From assembly GCF_964194025.1 (NCBI RefSeq), contig NC_134469.1:40982001-41046000 (forward strand): a stretch of DNA of 64,000 nt, written 5' to 3'. The notes under the pieces were generated by a model. That model had not been told where the DNA came from, ran no database searches, and saw nothing but the letters and a program-made list of their open reading frames with translations. This document shows positions 36,031 to 49,585 of this stretch, in pieces. Within the stretch, counting starts at the first letter, position 1. Every line of letters begins with the position of its first letter. Both the position numbers and the translations under genes were made by a program. The stretch comes from Convolutriloba macropyga. Lineage: Eukaryota.

Positions 36031-39000
36031 TCTATTGCTAATTTTGATTTGTGAAAGAAAAATTTAATTTGAAGCCACTCTGGTGTACAATGAACTTGAA
36101 AAAAGAAAAAAGGCAAAATTATTCTAAAAAAAGACAGAACCCCATCAAAGTCTGAATAGTTTTTCGAATTGCTAAATTCCACAATTAGACCAAAACTAAT
36201 CTTGCTATTGCTGCTCTTCCATTTAATTAAAAAAAAGCTTTCAAGTATTACCGAAATAGCTACTTCGACAAACAAGAATCAATATCAAAAATAAATAATG
36301 AAATTTGGATAATTATCGAGTTATTTTAGCAAAAAGCATTAGGTATCAAATGAACGCCTTATATAGTTTCTGTAATTGCTCCTTAGATAGCGCAAATGAC
36401 CTCTGATTGTTTACACTCAGTCCTAGTAATACAAAAGGAAGAACAAATGCTAGCGAAATTCAAGAACTCGTAAAAAATTAAGAAAACTCTTGTTTGAGAC
36501 ATAAAAAGCACGTTTTTTTTGAAAACAAACTTTTGGCTTATTGAGAAAGCAAAGAATGCAAAATATTTCAAAAAGTATAGAGCCAAAGTAAAATTCGAAT
36601 CCTCTGTGCAGAGATCAACAGTGATGCCAAAACTGGCCTTGCTATTGCTGCGCGGCTGCTGAAAAACGATTTTACTCCAAAAATTGCATAAACAAAAATC
36701 TTATTATTTCAAAAATAATTGATGCAATTTTGATAATTATTGATTTAAATTGAGGAAAGGCCGCCAGATTTTTAGTTGCAGAGAACTGCAGGTACGAGTA
36801 GCCCTCAAATGAATACGCGAAGATTGTTTTAGCAATGTTTGTAACTGGACTGCCAGTTGATTTGAACTTTGTAGGCTAAAAAATTGTTTAGTGCCATTTT
36901 TCATAAAATGAATAAATAGTGCTAAATTTTGAAAATTTAGCCAAAATTTTAGTCAAAAGAGATAGGTCAAGCAATTCAACATTTTTTTGTCTTCAAACGC
37001 ATGAATTGAGACTATCGTTGTGAATTTCAGCATATTTTAAGGAAAATGGATCGGAATTTTAGCAAAAATTGTGAAGGTTTGAACAAAACGACGGAAGTGA
37101 GCCTAACGGTCACAACACTTTGAACATTCGTAATTTCTTAGAAAAAACGAAATTCAAAAATTTTTAAGATTGATGTTCTACGGTTGACAAGCTTTCTAAT
37201 GATAACACGTTCAATATATCAATCGGCGTTACACTTTACGTTGAATATATCTATTGGAGAAAGTTAACTAAGCAAAAAAAATTGTTGGGCATATTGCTGC
37301 TCCCTCACTAAAGTGGACTGGAACAAAAAAAATTCTGAAAATTTCGTTTCCCGTGCTCTATAAAGTTTTTCGGTGAAGTAGAATTTCTATCGAGCTAAAA
37401 GAATTGAAAGCCTGAAATGGGTACTAAGAAGAGGAGAAAGAGTTTGCGAAAAATCAATGAAAACTTTTTCCTTTTTGTCCTAATACTTAATTTGTATAAT
37501 GAAGTTTTTGTTCTCCAGCAGAATTGTATAATAACATATAATTATGGTTATATAATTTATTGACCATTTTTTCAGCAATTGTATTAAATAAATTAATAAT
37601 TTAATATCCGCGCCATCCCCATTTTTTCCTTTTCCTGTATTCCATTCCAATTTTTAAGATATCAATTCCAGTTATCCTGAACTCGAAACGATAATTGCTT
37701 TCAGGAACATATTTAGTCTTTATAAACAGTGCAGTACGTATATTATCCCACCAATATCTCTTGTAATTATAAGTATGGCCCCGAAATATCCAAGCTACAC
37801 GGATACAAACTACTAAAACGAGTTTAATGAACACGTTTTTGCAAAAACAAAACGAAAGTGCTGGACTAATATTTTTCTAAACCAGATTACTGATTTTTTA
37901 AACTAAGAATTAGAATTGGTTGAGTAAACTGTTTTTCGTTCTATGGCTGAAGATACCGTTTGACTATTGGTTCAATTAGTTTTCCAATTTAATGATTTTT
38001 AGCACAAGAAAATAACAAAAATCATTAAAAACAAAAACAATAACTAATCAAAAAGAGGGAAAAAAACTAATATAATAAGACCAATTAAGCAAAATACTTC
38101 TGTGTTGAATATCATACCAAAGCTCAATATCTGAAATATTGAAAATTAGATTAAATACAAGTTTTTTTGAATATTGTGTTTTGTTCACAGAGCTGATCCA
38201 TGATGGTAACTGTAACTGATGGCAGATATGTCGAAAATTAAAAAATTCCTAAGCTGTAAAATGCCCAAAAATTAATTGAAATTCGAAACCATTATATAGT
38301 TTTAGCCAGGAAATCTATAGATACTTATTTCGGTATCATGTTGCTGCTGTTAGAAGTTTTTTTACCAGTAACAGTATAATCAGCTTAAATTTCTCGAGTT
38401 TCTGACTGCTTACGTTCTAATTCTCATCATTAACACCTGATCATTAAACAGGTCAACTGAAATTTTTGATGAAAAAATATATATTCCATGTAAACTGAAG
38501 TTAAATGAATTTAAAGCAAAATATATAAGTCTGATGGTAATTGCGCAGTAATTGCTTTTGCTTTTGTATCTGATGATATAAATCTGGTGTTCATATTTTC
38601 TTTTATGAAAGATAATCAAAACTATTGGCGCGAGTGCTTAGGCAGAATCATTATTGTACTATAGCAAAAAGCTTTATCATAACAAAGAATTGGGAAATCA
38701 CTACCAGGTGAACGAAGAGTGGAGGAACTAGCATCAATATGTAAAACTTACAAGAAACAACAGAAAAGAATCTATGTAAGAATACGAATGCTATGTAATA
38801 CCTCTATTAAATTAGTTAATAGAATAATCGAAAATTTGATAGCGATACAACTGAGTTTCAAATAAATAGCTTTTTGCATAGCTTTAGGGGCAATTAGATT
38901 ATAGACACTGATGTTTTCTCAATATTGCTTTGGTAGGAGCTCAGCTTTGTTTTTGCATGAAACAAGTTGAACGGAATGTAGCACCCCGGACAGAGAATGA

Positions 39001-39559
39001 TTGCATGATTTTTAATTATTCTGGTAAATATCTAAGCTCAGGGACTCCTAATTGGTGTTACGAATATTGAGGTCTCCTTTGATAGCAGTATTAGCAAGAA
39101 TTCTTTCTCTGTCTTATGTTGATCTTATTTAGGAGCGCCCTGATTTTTTCGGTAGGATTTCTGTAAAGGCTTGAGTAAGGCGGATTATAAGGACAGGATA
39201 GGTTAATTTGACTGACTGTGTTTTTGATATTAATTATTGCTCATTCGGCTTCAGTTTGAATGCTGACTGCATTGCAAGACTTAAGATTTTTGACTGCCAT
39301 AAGAATTCCATGCCTAGAGTTGATATCGCTAGGTCTGTATTCCCTTTGCATAGCCTAATTGTTGCGATAAACTTATTTAATTGCAGTTTCTTTGCTATTT
39401 GATAAGTGGTGTTTCAGTTAAGGTTACTGTCGACGATCGGGAAATATTTTTGGACTGCCCTAGAAAAAAGATTTTAGAGTTCTGGTTAATGTGAAGTGCG
39501 ATCTTAAGGAATTCCAATTATCAAATTTATCTGTTTGAGTCAAGTGAGAAATCAACGCG

Positions 39560-42500
39560 ATTCTCAAAAACAAGAAAATCAAGTACCGGTTGGGGCCGAA
39601 AAAACACGAATCATCAGAATTCCTGGTTAGGCAGAAAAATCAGGTTAAGCAGAATTCCTGGTTAGGCAGAGTCATCAGAAGTCCCGGTTAAGGCAGAAAA
39701 ATCGTGAACGTCAGAAGTCCTGACAAGGGCAGAGTCTACAAATATGGACAACAGTATGACTCTTCTCTCGTTTTGCAACTCTGGAACACAGAAAATTGAT
39801 CACAGTAAATTGTCCAGCCTGTCGTAAGGTTGATCATTTAAGATGTGCGGGACTCGGAATGCCTTTGAAAGAACATATGTTTGGAACTGTGTAGATTGTG
39901 GACTGCATTCTCTGGGTGCACTCACTGCTATTGTTGGAACTGAAACAAAAAATAACTGCATTAGAATCTGTCCTCGAATATATCAGGTCGCTGAAACTAG
40001 AGGTCACTGCACTAAATATAGCTCGGTCGTACAGAGAACAACGAAGAATAAAAATACCTACAGCCCTGAAAACAAAATTTTTGGTTTTGAACTCGCAGGC
40101 CAAAGTAATGCTCCAAAGTACAGCTCAAAAAGACATAAACCTGACGACGAGAATGACGATGATGCAATGAACACTGCGGATTTTCCGGCGAGAATGAAAA
40201 CAACACGACCACGAAGGCAAAACTTTGGTACGAAGCAGAGCCATGATGATTTCAATGGTATCAAGAAAAACCTAGGCGACACTTTTCTTGGGAGTCTAAA
40301 TTCAATTTGTACAAACTATGTTTAGAAACTGGTGTAGTGATTGCGGTGCCAGTGTACTCCACTTGCGAGAAATTACAAAGGAAGGCTCAAAACCTAAAAA
40401 CTTTTACCTATTTTCCTCTGATGATGCCTATGAAGCAATTTTGGAGGACAGTTTTTGCCCAAGCAATGTAGTTCACGGACCATTTTTTTTTAATTATCAT
40501 GCTCGGAACTGGTTGAGATCACTCCCACCAGACACTTCCCATAAATCTTGACTCAAAATATTACTTGTGGACTTGTAAATGCACGTTCAGTCAGAAATAA
40601 AATTGAGCAATTTGAAGAAGAAATTTTTGATCATTGATTACGATATTTTCTCTATTAATGACTCTTGGATCTCGTCGAATATTGATGAAATTTGGATAAT
40701 AAAGCAACTCTACTCCAGTTCTTACTTCATCATTTCAATCTTCCAAGAACATATGCAAAAGGTGGTGGTCTCATTGCCATTGGTAAGAGACACTTAAATT
40801 TCACGCTCACTTCACACAACTGCATTCTGTTTTTAGGGTACGCATGGTTTCAGTTGAATACTAATAAAATTGTTAATTTGTTTGCTGTCTTGTCCGCCAA
40901 TTGATAACTCTTTGTTTTTGAAAAGTTCTTTATGACGATGTGTTGCCATCTTCACTGTCAAGGCATGTTGTTATGGGTGATTTTGGTCTTCCCCATAGAA
41001 CCAGGTTCACTATTTTTTTTAGGAGAATCAAGTTTTATCTCCGACTGAGAGGGGAAATATTTTTTGACCTAATCATTTAAAATAACTGCAAAAAAGTAAT
41101 TATTATCAGTTAAGGAAGTGAGTTTCTCGGATCATAAATTAATCAAATTCTTGACGGCATCGAAGGTAACAGCACAACAATCTTCTGTGTATTCAGAAAA
41201 TATGGAGAAATATGGACTGGAAAGAGATTAGCGATGCTTTGAAGTTACCGTTAGCTGTCAATCAGCACATCACAAAGCAACATGTGCTTTCAGAATTGCT
41301 CGTTGACACTTTCGTCGAAGCTGTGAAATATAATGTACCCGCTGCACAGCGCAGCACAAAAACAAAAATTTGTCCCTTTTTTGACACAGAGCTTTTCTAC
41401 CAAAAAAAATCTCATCCGTGAAAAGAAATTAGCGTAACAACAAGCTTTTTTAAATTATAAAGAGGCTTATAAACAGAACAAAACGATGTACTTCGATAGA
41501 AATGTTAATAAAAACATCAACCTGCTTGTTAAATTTTTAAACTTCAATCGGCCACTTGATGTTTCCACTGAGCACAAGGTTCCAAGAAACTGGGGATCAG
41601 TTAAAATGACCGTTGACCGATTTCAGAAGTTTAGAGACAAGGTGCTTGATATCAGAGAATTAATTCCTACTTCCACTGATATTGGCCTTAATAGCTTGTT
41701 TTTGGTTGATGAGTTTCATCACATCTCAATGTCTCTCCAACAGTTAAAATTAGTGGAAATGAAAATTGTGAGGGAAGCTCTAATTGATACATCAAACCGT
41801 TTTTGCGTGCTAGACGCAGTTTTAACAAGTGCGGCCAAGCTGATTTTTGTCTCCTGGTGTGATCATTTTCTGAATCTAGCTAATAGCAGCTTTGAACAAG
41901 GCACGTTTCCTGATCAAGGAAATAAAGCAATCATAAAGCCATATCTGAAGAAACCGAACCTTGACAATTAATTACCTAGCAGCTATAGGCCGATTGCAAG
42001 TACATTTTTTCGTCTCAAAATTATTAGAGCGATTAGCGGCTGATCAACTTAGGGAGTATCTTTCGGATGTGCAGCAGTCGGCATATAGAGTTGGCCAGTC
42101 GTGGGCTTGGATTTCTCGGCAGCTTTCGATACAATGGATCATGACATTTTTTACTGGGTGCTAGAAAATCTTTTTAAGATCAGATGTAAATTCAAAAGTT
42201 GGATCATGTCTACGTCAGCAAACGAAAACAGAGTACAAATTGGAAACTGTCTCTGCTGAAGAAATTGTTGATTTTGGTTTATCGCAAGGTTCGATCCTTG
42301 GACCCCTGGTTTTTAATATGTATGTGACTCCCATTAGTGATCTATTTAAGCAAATTCAGTTGAGTTATCAGGTATATGGCGATGGTACACTAATTCTTTT
42401 GAGTTTGAGGCGACAATCTTTGGATCATGGAATAAAGGATTTAAACGCGAAATTCAGTCTTTCAGGAGTTCAGCCACATGAAGTTAAGAATAAATCCTGA

Positions 42501-43870
42501 TTCGACTGAAATCGTTTTAATCCCATCAAGAAAGCAAAAACTGAACTTAGCTAAGCTTGAATTAGCAGGGGATACTTTCAAGTTGAAGCCCAATATCAAT
42601 TAACTCGGTATAACGATTTACCAACATCTTTCTTTGACATGGCACATAAACTCAGTAACTTCTTCGTGCTTCGCAAACTTAACAAGATCAGACATTATCT
42701 TACGGTTGAAACGAGAAAACTAGTGGTCCAGAACCTATTAATATCTCGCCATGATTACTGCAGCTCAGTCTTATCAGGAGTACCCAAAACAGAGACTATG
42801 AACTTCCAACAGGTACAGAATGCAGCATGCCGGTTTATCTTTTCACTGAAAAAGATCGAATCATGCAGAGATTGTATGTATCATCTACATTGGCTTCCTT
42901 CCTGTTGATAAACGGATTGATTTTAAAGTAATGATTTTTGTCCATAAATCTGTTCATGTCTTGTGCCGTACTATTTGAATCATCTAGTCGAAATTCAACC
43001 TAACCGGTGCAGGAAAAGATCAGTAAATGCTTTCAAGGCTGTCTTAGATCAGTCAAAAGTTCTTATGTTGACAGACCTTTTTGCATTCGCTGTCCCAAAT
43101 TATTGAACAAACAGAAAGTACCTGCATTTTGGGATCATCTCTTGTGTTTGGTATTTTATTGAAAATAGTGTTACAATTTCATGTTCAAGTGGTAGTATAT
43201 CTACTATGTGCTCTGAAAGCGTCTTTAAAGAAATTTTTGACAGAAATGTACGCCAAGTTATTTTGATGACAGGAACGAATAATCTATTTGACAAGAAAAG
43301 TGAACGATTGGTCGGGCCCGATTGATGAAATGTTCCATCTTATTCAGAAATTGAGGTTTTACCGTTTTCATGTTTGAATTCTAGTTAGAGCTAGTTAGTC
43401 GACGAGGTAAAGCGGAAACATATGCTAGATTGAACTATTGTCACAGTGATATTGCTCGAGAACTGAATGCCCCCCTTTGTATCATTGCAGAAATTTAAGG
43501 CTGCGAAACACTCAAGCGAAGATGGAATCCATCAAAATCCACGAAATTCGAAAATTTTCCTCCTATTTCAGACGTACCATAAAGCACGCTGAACTCTATT
43601 ACACTGCCAGACGATTTCAGTAAGAGCACGGTTAGTGCTGAAGATTTTAATTACGGTTTATATCAATTATTTAAGATGTATGCGGTACGACCTATCTAAC
43701 GATATTCCAGGTCTGGTTGAGTGAGAATTAATGCTTTGAATTGTCTGGTTAAGGCAGATGAACACTCCTTGATGCTCAGCACACCCCACTTTTGTGTGCA
43801 GAAAGGGTGGATAAAGAAAGACCAACACTACTACATGTGTAATCAGGGTTGAATAAAGCGCCATTTGGTA
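39560..43870 (+). mobile_element. Decayed near full-length L2-type LINE (5' tandem repeats, PHD-ORF1, APE, RT, L2 C-terminus, C-terminal SGNH esterase)
   Basis: 5' repeats CAGAA(T/G)TCCTGGTTA.GGCAGA (39605-39735); PHD NCPACRKVDHLRCAGL..WNCVDC (~39790-39900); KGGGL, SDH; AIIKPYLKKPNLD..SYRPI; QGSILGPLVFNMY..YGDGT; ISRHDYCSSVLSG..QNAACR..LHWLP. Confidence 0.9.
43123..43570 (+). pseudogene. SGNH/GDSL esterase remnant directly after the L2 ORF2 C-terminal motif
   Basis: Block I CILGSSLV (43123), block III VILMTGTNNL (~43260-43285), block V EDGIH (43518-43532). Confidence 0.8.
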
Positions 43871-43959
43871 TGTCACGAGTAAACAGGTATCGGTCAAACA
43901 TACGATGTCACAGTATCCGCATGCTGTTGCGTTTGCTAATTCAAATCGTCGTCCAAAAT

Positions 43960-43962
<3 letters not shown>

Positions 43963-43994
<32 letters not shown>
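43963..43994. repeat. (TA)n microsatellite between two convergent LINE 3' ends
   Basis: Direct reading. Confidence 0.95.
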
Positions 43995-44001
<7 letters not shown>

Positions 44002-47000
44002 AAGAAAGTCCACTTTTCGCGGGAAGATGTAAGCTCCTTTGCTACTTTTGTTTAGGGTGTTGATGAAATAAGTAGGGTGACAATCACTGAGTGATTTGCT
44101 TGTTCACTTTTCCAGTCGCCTCTATGAACTTGCTGAGGGATTGTCAGTCATCGTAAGTCAGTAGATTGAGCTGTTCAATGTTCTCTGGTCTGTAGTCCCA
44201 TAGACGCAATAGAAGAAGTTACGTTTCGAGTTTTCCTCAGCTGAGCCGCACATTCACAAGGGTGACGCACACTGACTCAGTCTCCATTTGAATTCTGCGA
44301 AAAGAGGGGTGTTACCAAAAACAAGGCTGCATTTTCTTTTGGCTAAGTAAGGATTTCCAAGGATCAGGGGGCTCTTGCAGTGGCAGTCTGGCATTGTAAT
44401 TCTGAACATTCTCAGGACAGCAAAGTCATCAAGTGAGGACTCTCTTCTCAGCCGCAGTTCATTGATGAAAGCAGTAACTGACTGAGTACTATATCCTAGA
44501 GCAGGATAGTTACCCGGGACATTTTCAAATCTCAGCTTTCGAGGAGATGCCCTGTCGATCGCGCGTGATCAAGTGCGTTGAAGTGAGCTTCAGCCACTAT
44601 ATCCGGTTAATTCTGCTTTAATTTTGTCGGAAACTTTGCGCTACTTCTCTGGAAGAGAATATCTACTGGGGGGGCTTCAAGCAAGATCTCACAGGCAGAC
44701 ATTGGCGGAGACATGCAGTTCTTGAAGATCGATCTTAAAATGCGATTCTGTTGCACTTGTAGCTTTTTCAAGTGAGAATGTGCCCAAATTGGGCAAACAT
44801 AGGTGAGTTGCGGTTGGATAACGGTTTTGAAAAGGAGCGTCTGAGTGTTAAGTGTGCGACCCCATCGCTTCGATTATTTCCGCTGGATCGAGTTCCAACT
44901 TTTCTGTCCTTTACTGATAGCATTGTCGAGATGATTCTTGTGTGTCAGTTTCCTGTCAATGATTAATCCTTGTAACTTTGTGAATTCTTCCGTTTTGCAG
45001 AATTGACCGTTAAGATAGATCTGTGTGGAGTGACATTTTTTCTGTTTTTGATCCGTTCACTTTCAGATTTCCGAGCTGGTCTGCCAGGTTAGCTGGCGAA
45101 TCCGTATGAACCAGTACCGATGTATCGTCTGCATATTTGAACACTTTGTGCGGGCTGATCAAGAAATCGTTAATAAACAAGATAAATAGGATCGGCGACA
45201 AAACGCTTCCCTGAGTTAGACCAATTTGGATTTCGAATTCGTCAGAGCAACAGGAGTCAATCTGAATGTAAGCTTTTCTGTTTCGTAAGAATGTTTCTAT
45301 GAGCTTCAAAAGATTACCGCCGACTCTATAGCCTTTGAGTTTATAGAGCAGACCGTTGTTCCAAACGCTATCAAACGCTTTTTCCACGTCGATGTTTACT
45401 GGGGCGCTAGAGTGGCTATTTTTCAGCGTCTCCGCTTCAAGGTGTACTCAATACAGCGAAAGAACTGTGCCTCTGCGAGATCTAAAACCTTCCTGGTGTT
45501 CAAGAAAATATCTATCGACGTGTCGTCTTAGTCTGTGCTCGATCATTCGCTCAAAAACCTTTCCAATGTGGGAAGCGGTCGATAAGCCGAAAACTGGAGA
45601 GGACTTGTTATGATTTTTTGTCAGCCTTTTAAATGAATATCACTCTAGAGGTGTTCCAGGGCCAGATACTTTTCCTGAGGCACATATTGAAGTCTTAGTA
45701 GGATCTCTATAGATCTGGCGCCGACTTTCTGCAGCATTTTAGGATGTATCTGATCATTGTCGAAAGAAGAGAAGCGAGAGTAGTTTTTTTTAATGCGCGC
45801 TCATGTTCGCATTCGGAGAAGTCCTCGGAGAGGGGATCGTTGTCCGTAGTATCGAAGAAGTTGGATGAGGCTACTGCTACATTGACGTGAGCTTCTTGAA
45901 CTCCATTGAACGTTTCATGTTGGAGGTGCTTAGCTTGGAATAACGTTTTCCTGAGTTCACCAGCAATTTCGTTGGGTGAGCAGAGGTATTTTTCATTGTT
46001 GTCTTTTATTGGTCCGAACGTTCCAGCCTTGGATTTGAAGAATCGGTTATATGCCCGCCAGAAGTCTTTGCCTTTTTTGTGCCTCAGTTCTATGAGAGTA
46101 TCCGACAAAAGCTTTGAGTGTGCGCTAAGGAGCCTCCTGAAGTAATCTCTTGCTGTATAGAGCTTAGCCCCGTTACTTGGGTTAGAGTGGTACTTTGACT
46201 TTTTCCTCAGGTATCCGAGGTTGTGACTGGCAATCGTGAGTTCGTCGTTCTAGAACGGTTTGCTGTGTTTGTTGGTAGTCTTGAACGGTATGGAAATATC
46301 GGTCGCTTCGCGGACAATATACCAGTTTTAGCCAGAGGGCGGTGGAATCATCTTGTATGATTTCTAGTTTGCTTTCGATCATTCTTCCCAGTTGGCTTTG
46401 TCAATCCATGGTTTTCTTTGAGAGTGGAAGGGCGGCTCCAAACGGCTGTGGCGGGTCTATGCCCCCTGTTTGGAGCCCCGGTGAAGAGCTCAACATCTTC
46501 ATCGGTAGCCAGAGTGAAGGTTTGGTTGGTAATTTTTCCCGATATCAGGCATAGGTCAATGACGCTGTTACCGTTGCAGGCTAGAAATGTGGGCTCACCT
46601 TTGTTGAGGGTTTTCACACGTGAGTAAAGTTTTTTGTCTAGTAAAACACCGTGGGGGTTAGCTGTGTTATCATTCCAGTTAGTATGTCGAGCGTTCAAGT
46701 CACCTAGGAAGAGAAGCCCTTCCAGCTTATAGGCCTCCACATGCTCTTGTGCTGTTCTGTGCAGAGATGGCCATATTTCTAACAGCCTAACTGAGATCGG
46801 GGGAATATATGCCGTTGTGGCTAGCATTTTGACACTTTTTAGCAAGACGATGATCCAAACACTATCAACCTCCGATATTTCCAATTCTACAATCTGAGTG
46901 TTTGAGATTTTCAACAAAATAGCAGCGCCTCTATCATCGTGGGAACATTCGGTGATGTAGTTATCAAAAGTATCTTTCAACAAAAGTCCTTGTTTCGTTG

Positions 47001-48700
47001 AGAAAGCAAAGAGAGGGTTTCCTTTTCGTCCTGGTATTTGTTTAAGGCTACTTTGCAGTGATCACTGTCCGTTTATGTAAAATTACCACCCGTCATTTCC
47101 GATATGGAGTCGATTCATCAGTTTTTTGATATGGTTTGGCAGGGTTGTACCTCGCGATGAATATAATTTTGATATACATTTCAGGCATGAGGGGCACTCA
47201 GTCGAATCAGCTTCGTGATTACTGTTGCAATTAGCACAATTAGTTGGACTATCTTTTTATCACAGCTTTTGAAGTTGTGGTTGCCCGAGCAATGCCCACA
47301 TCGAGGTGTTGACTTGCAGTTTTTGCTAACTTGTCCAAAGCGTTGGCACTTAAAACATTGTATGACTTCTATCGAACGTTGTTGGAAAATGGTTGGTCTG
47401 TAAAACAAGCTTTCGATTAAGATGCCTATTCTCATCACCCTTTCCGTGTCGTTGAGGTTTTTGGCAACTAACTTAACTGTTTCTAGTTTAGTTCCATCTT
47501 TTTTGACGAACATGGATGCTTCATGCCTTCGAAATCGTTCGCCAGTAGTTTTTCGATTTGGGAGTCTTCGAGTTCGGTTGGTACGCTTTTGATGAGCAGG
47601 CTACGGTTTTCCTTTTCAGGGTCGACTGCCTTTTTGATGACCGTTTCAGAGCCGAGGAATTTACTCTTCCGAGAGGTGAAAACTTCTTCCGCTTCGTCTG
47701 TCGTGAAAAACCCTAGATTTATGTTACCTCGAACCGTGTGAAACGTAAACACTAGTCGCTAGAGAGGGAAATGTTTAGCAAAGTCTTTTTTGATGGCTAC
47801 ACTGTTTCCGTAAGTGTTTGTTTTGGACACGATTTGTATTTTTGACAGGTCTCTTGTTATTTGTTTATCTACCAGTGCTGTTTTTGTTGCAGATTGAGCA
47901 GGTACAGCGGCATCGACCTTCGTTTTCTCCACAAAAGTGGGATTCATATCTATTTGGGCTTTAAGGGCTTGTATGGTGGCAGTCATGTCTTTGATTTGGT
48001 TCTGCATTTCTAGTAGCTTGGCATTGTCACCATTTCGTTGATCTACAAGAGCATCAAGTTCCTGGATCAAAAGCTTGAATTGGTCTTGCTGAATAAGATT
48101 ACATGGTTGGGACTCGCAGTTTTTGCATATCCATTGTACGGAGCCATATTTTGCTAGAATAGGTAGATCAGCAGCGACAATGTTGGTACCAGAACCATGT
48201 AGGCACTCTTGGCATTTATCACAACAGATAGCAAGTTTGTTGTTTTTGTCAAATTTCCGACTTTTTTGGCATTTATCATCAGAAGTTGAAGCTAGATTGA
48301 TCCCCCTCATGGAGAATTATCGCACTCTAGATTGATCCCCCTCATGGTGAATTATTGCATTCTCACGCGTGAAGGCAACTCCGGGATAGCTATATCCCTT
48401 TAACGTCACCGTTACATAAAAAGGAGAGAAAACTCACTTAGGCTTGTAAGAGCTGTTTCTTTTTGCGGAGTCTAGACTTCTTCGACTTCTTGTTCTTCCT
48501 AGTTGGACTTCTTGACATTGTTGGGTCTGCCTATTCTTGGGTCAGTTTTTCTGGATGAGACTTTGTAAGTTGTGTAATCTTCTGAAGATAATAGAGCTGA
48601 GTTTGTACTCGATGCTGACTGCCTGGTGAGTGTTGGTGAGGTTCTCCACAAACTGACGGTTTCTCAGGGTCTGCTTGGTCAGTAGGTGTTTTCTGACCTG
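43995..48700 (-). mobile_element. Decayed near full-length I/Jockey-group LINE (ORF1 PHD + coiled coil + CCHC knuckles; ORF2 APE, RT, C-terminal CCHC)
   Basis: CCDKCQECLH..WICKNC (47759-48310); QCFKCQRFG..C..RCGHCSGNH..C (47181-47513); AYIPP..GDLNARH..VIDLCL (46348-46983); KAFDSVW..QGSVLSPILFILFIND..YADD (45010-45387); CECG..E..FFYC remnant at ~44210-44265. Confidence 0.9.
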
Positions 48701-48989
48701 AATCACTAAAATTTTCGTTGAAGTGCCGTTAGATCATTCGGGGCCAGCTTGCGTTGCAGGTAAACAATCGCAATGGTGTTTTCCAGGCGTGCCAGGTCTT
48801 TAACGAGAGACATTTTGGGGGTAGAGTTTCCGTGATGGTTTCTTAGAATGGCGCGAGATAGAGTTATTGATACAATCGTGCCAGATAATTACTTTTTCCA
48901 TGGAAGATTTGATGTATTGTTCTCTCTGGTTAGGGTGGAAGGTAAGACCGCTGAGAGCTATACAATGCTGCATAATTGCTCGTTTGAAA

Positions 48990-49150
48990 TCAATAGGGAT
49001 CTCTTTACTTCTGGCTGTAATAAGATAGAACTAAAGATAATAAGAAAGAAGTTTGAAGGATAGGAGGTTGGGAATAAGATAGAAGGTTGGGAATAAGGTA
49101 AATAATAAGATGGAAGTTTGAAGGATAGAAGGTCGGGAATGTAGGCAGGG
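48990..49150. repeat. Purine-rich degenerate tandem repeat (GATAG.AGGTTGGGAATAA)
   Basis: 3-4 imperfect copies. Confidence 0.6.
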
Positions 49151-49259
49151 ATGAAGGACCACTTGATGCAACAGACCAACAGAACAGCACCAGAGACCAC
49201 ACAGTCCTGATCGTTCCAGTAGCGGTATACGTGAGGTATGGTTATGTTCAATCACCAAA

Positions 49260-49585
49260 GTCCATCTCTATTTAATAAGTTTATCACAACAATATGACAC
49301 TGAAGAACCCGTTCTTCAGGATTAAGTTCTCTGAGCTTGTATACTTTTCAACTGTATGCAGCCAGCTTTCTAGGTGAGAGGAGAACCAGTCTCTTTTGAT
49401 GTTCGTTTTGTGATTGATTATCAGTGTTCTCGTTGTGTCTTCATGGCTTCCAAAGAGCTTCAGAGAAGTTGTTGGGCAGTCAATTTGCGGGAAAGACATT
49501 ATAGATTTTAATTCTCGGGTGTCATGTTCCAGGCGTTCTCGTGCATGTTCTGACTTTGACGGGAGACTGCCTAGTAGCTGTATGC
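49260..49585 (-). mobile_element. CR1-type LINE ORF1 fragment
   Basis: PSKSEHARERLEHDTRELKSI..IDC..RTLII resembles the RRM-like region of CR1 ORF1. Confidence 0.45.
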
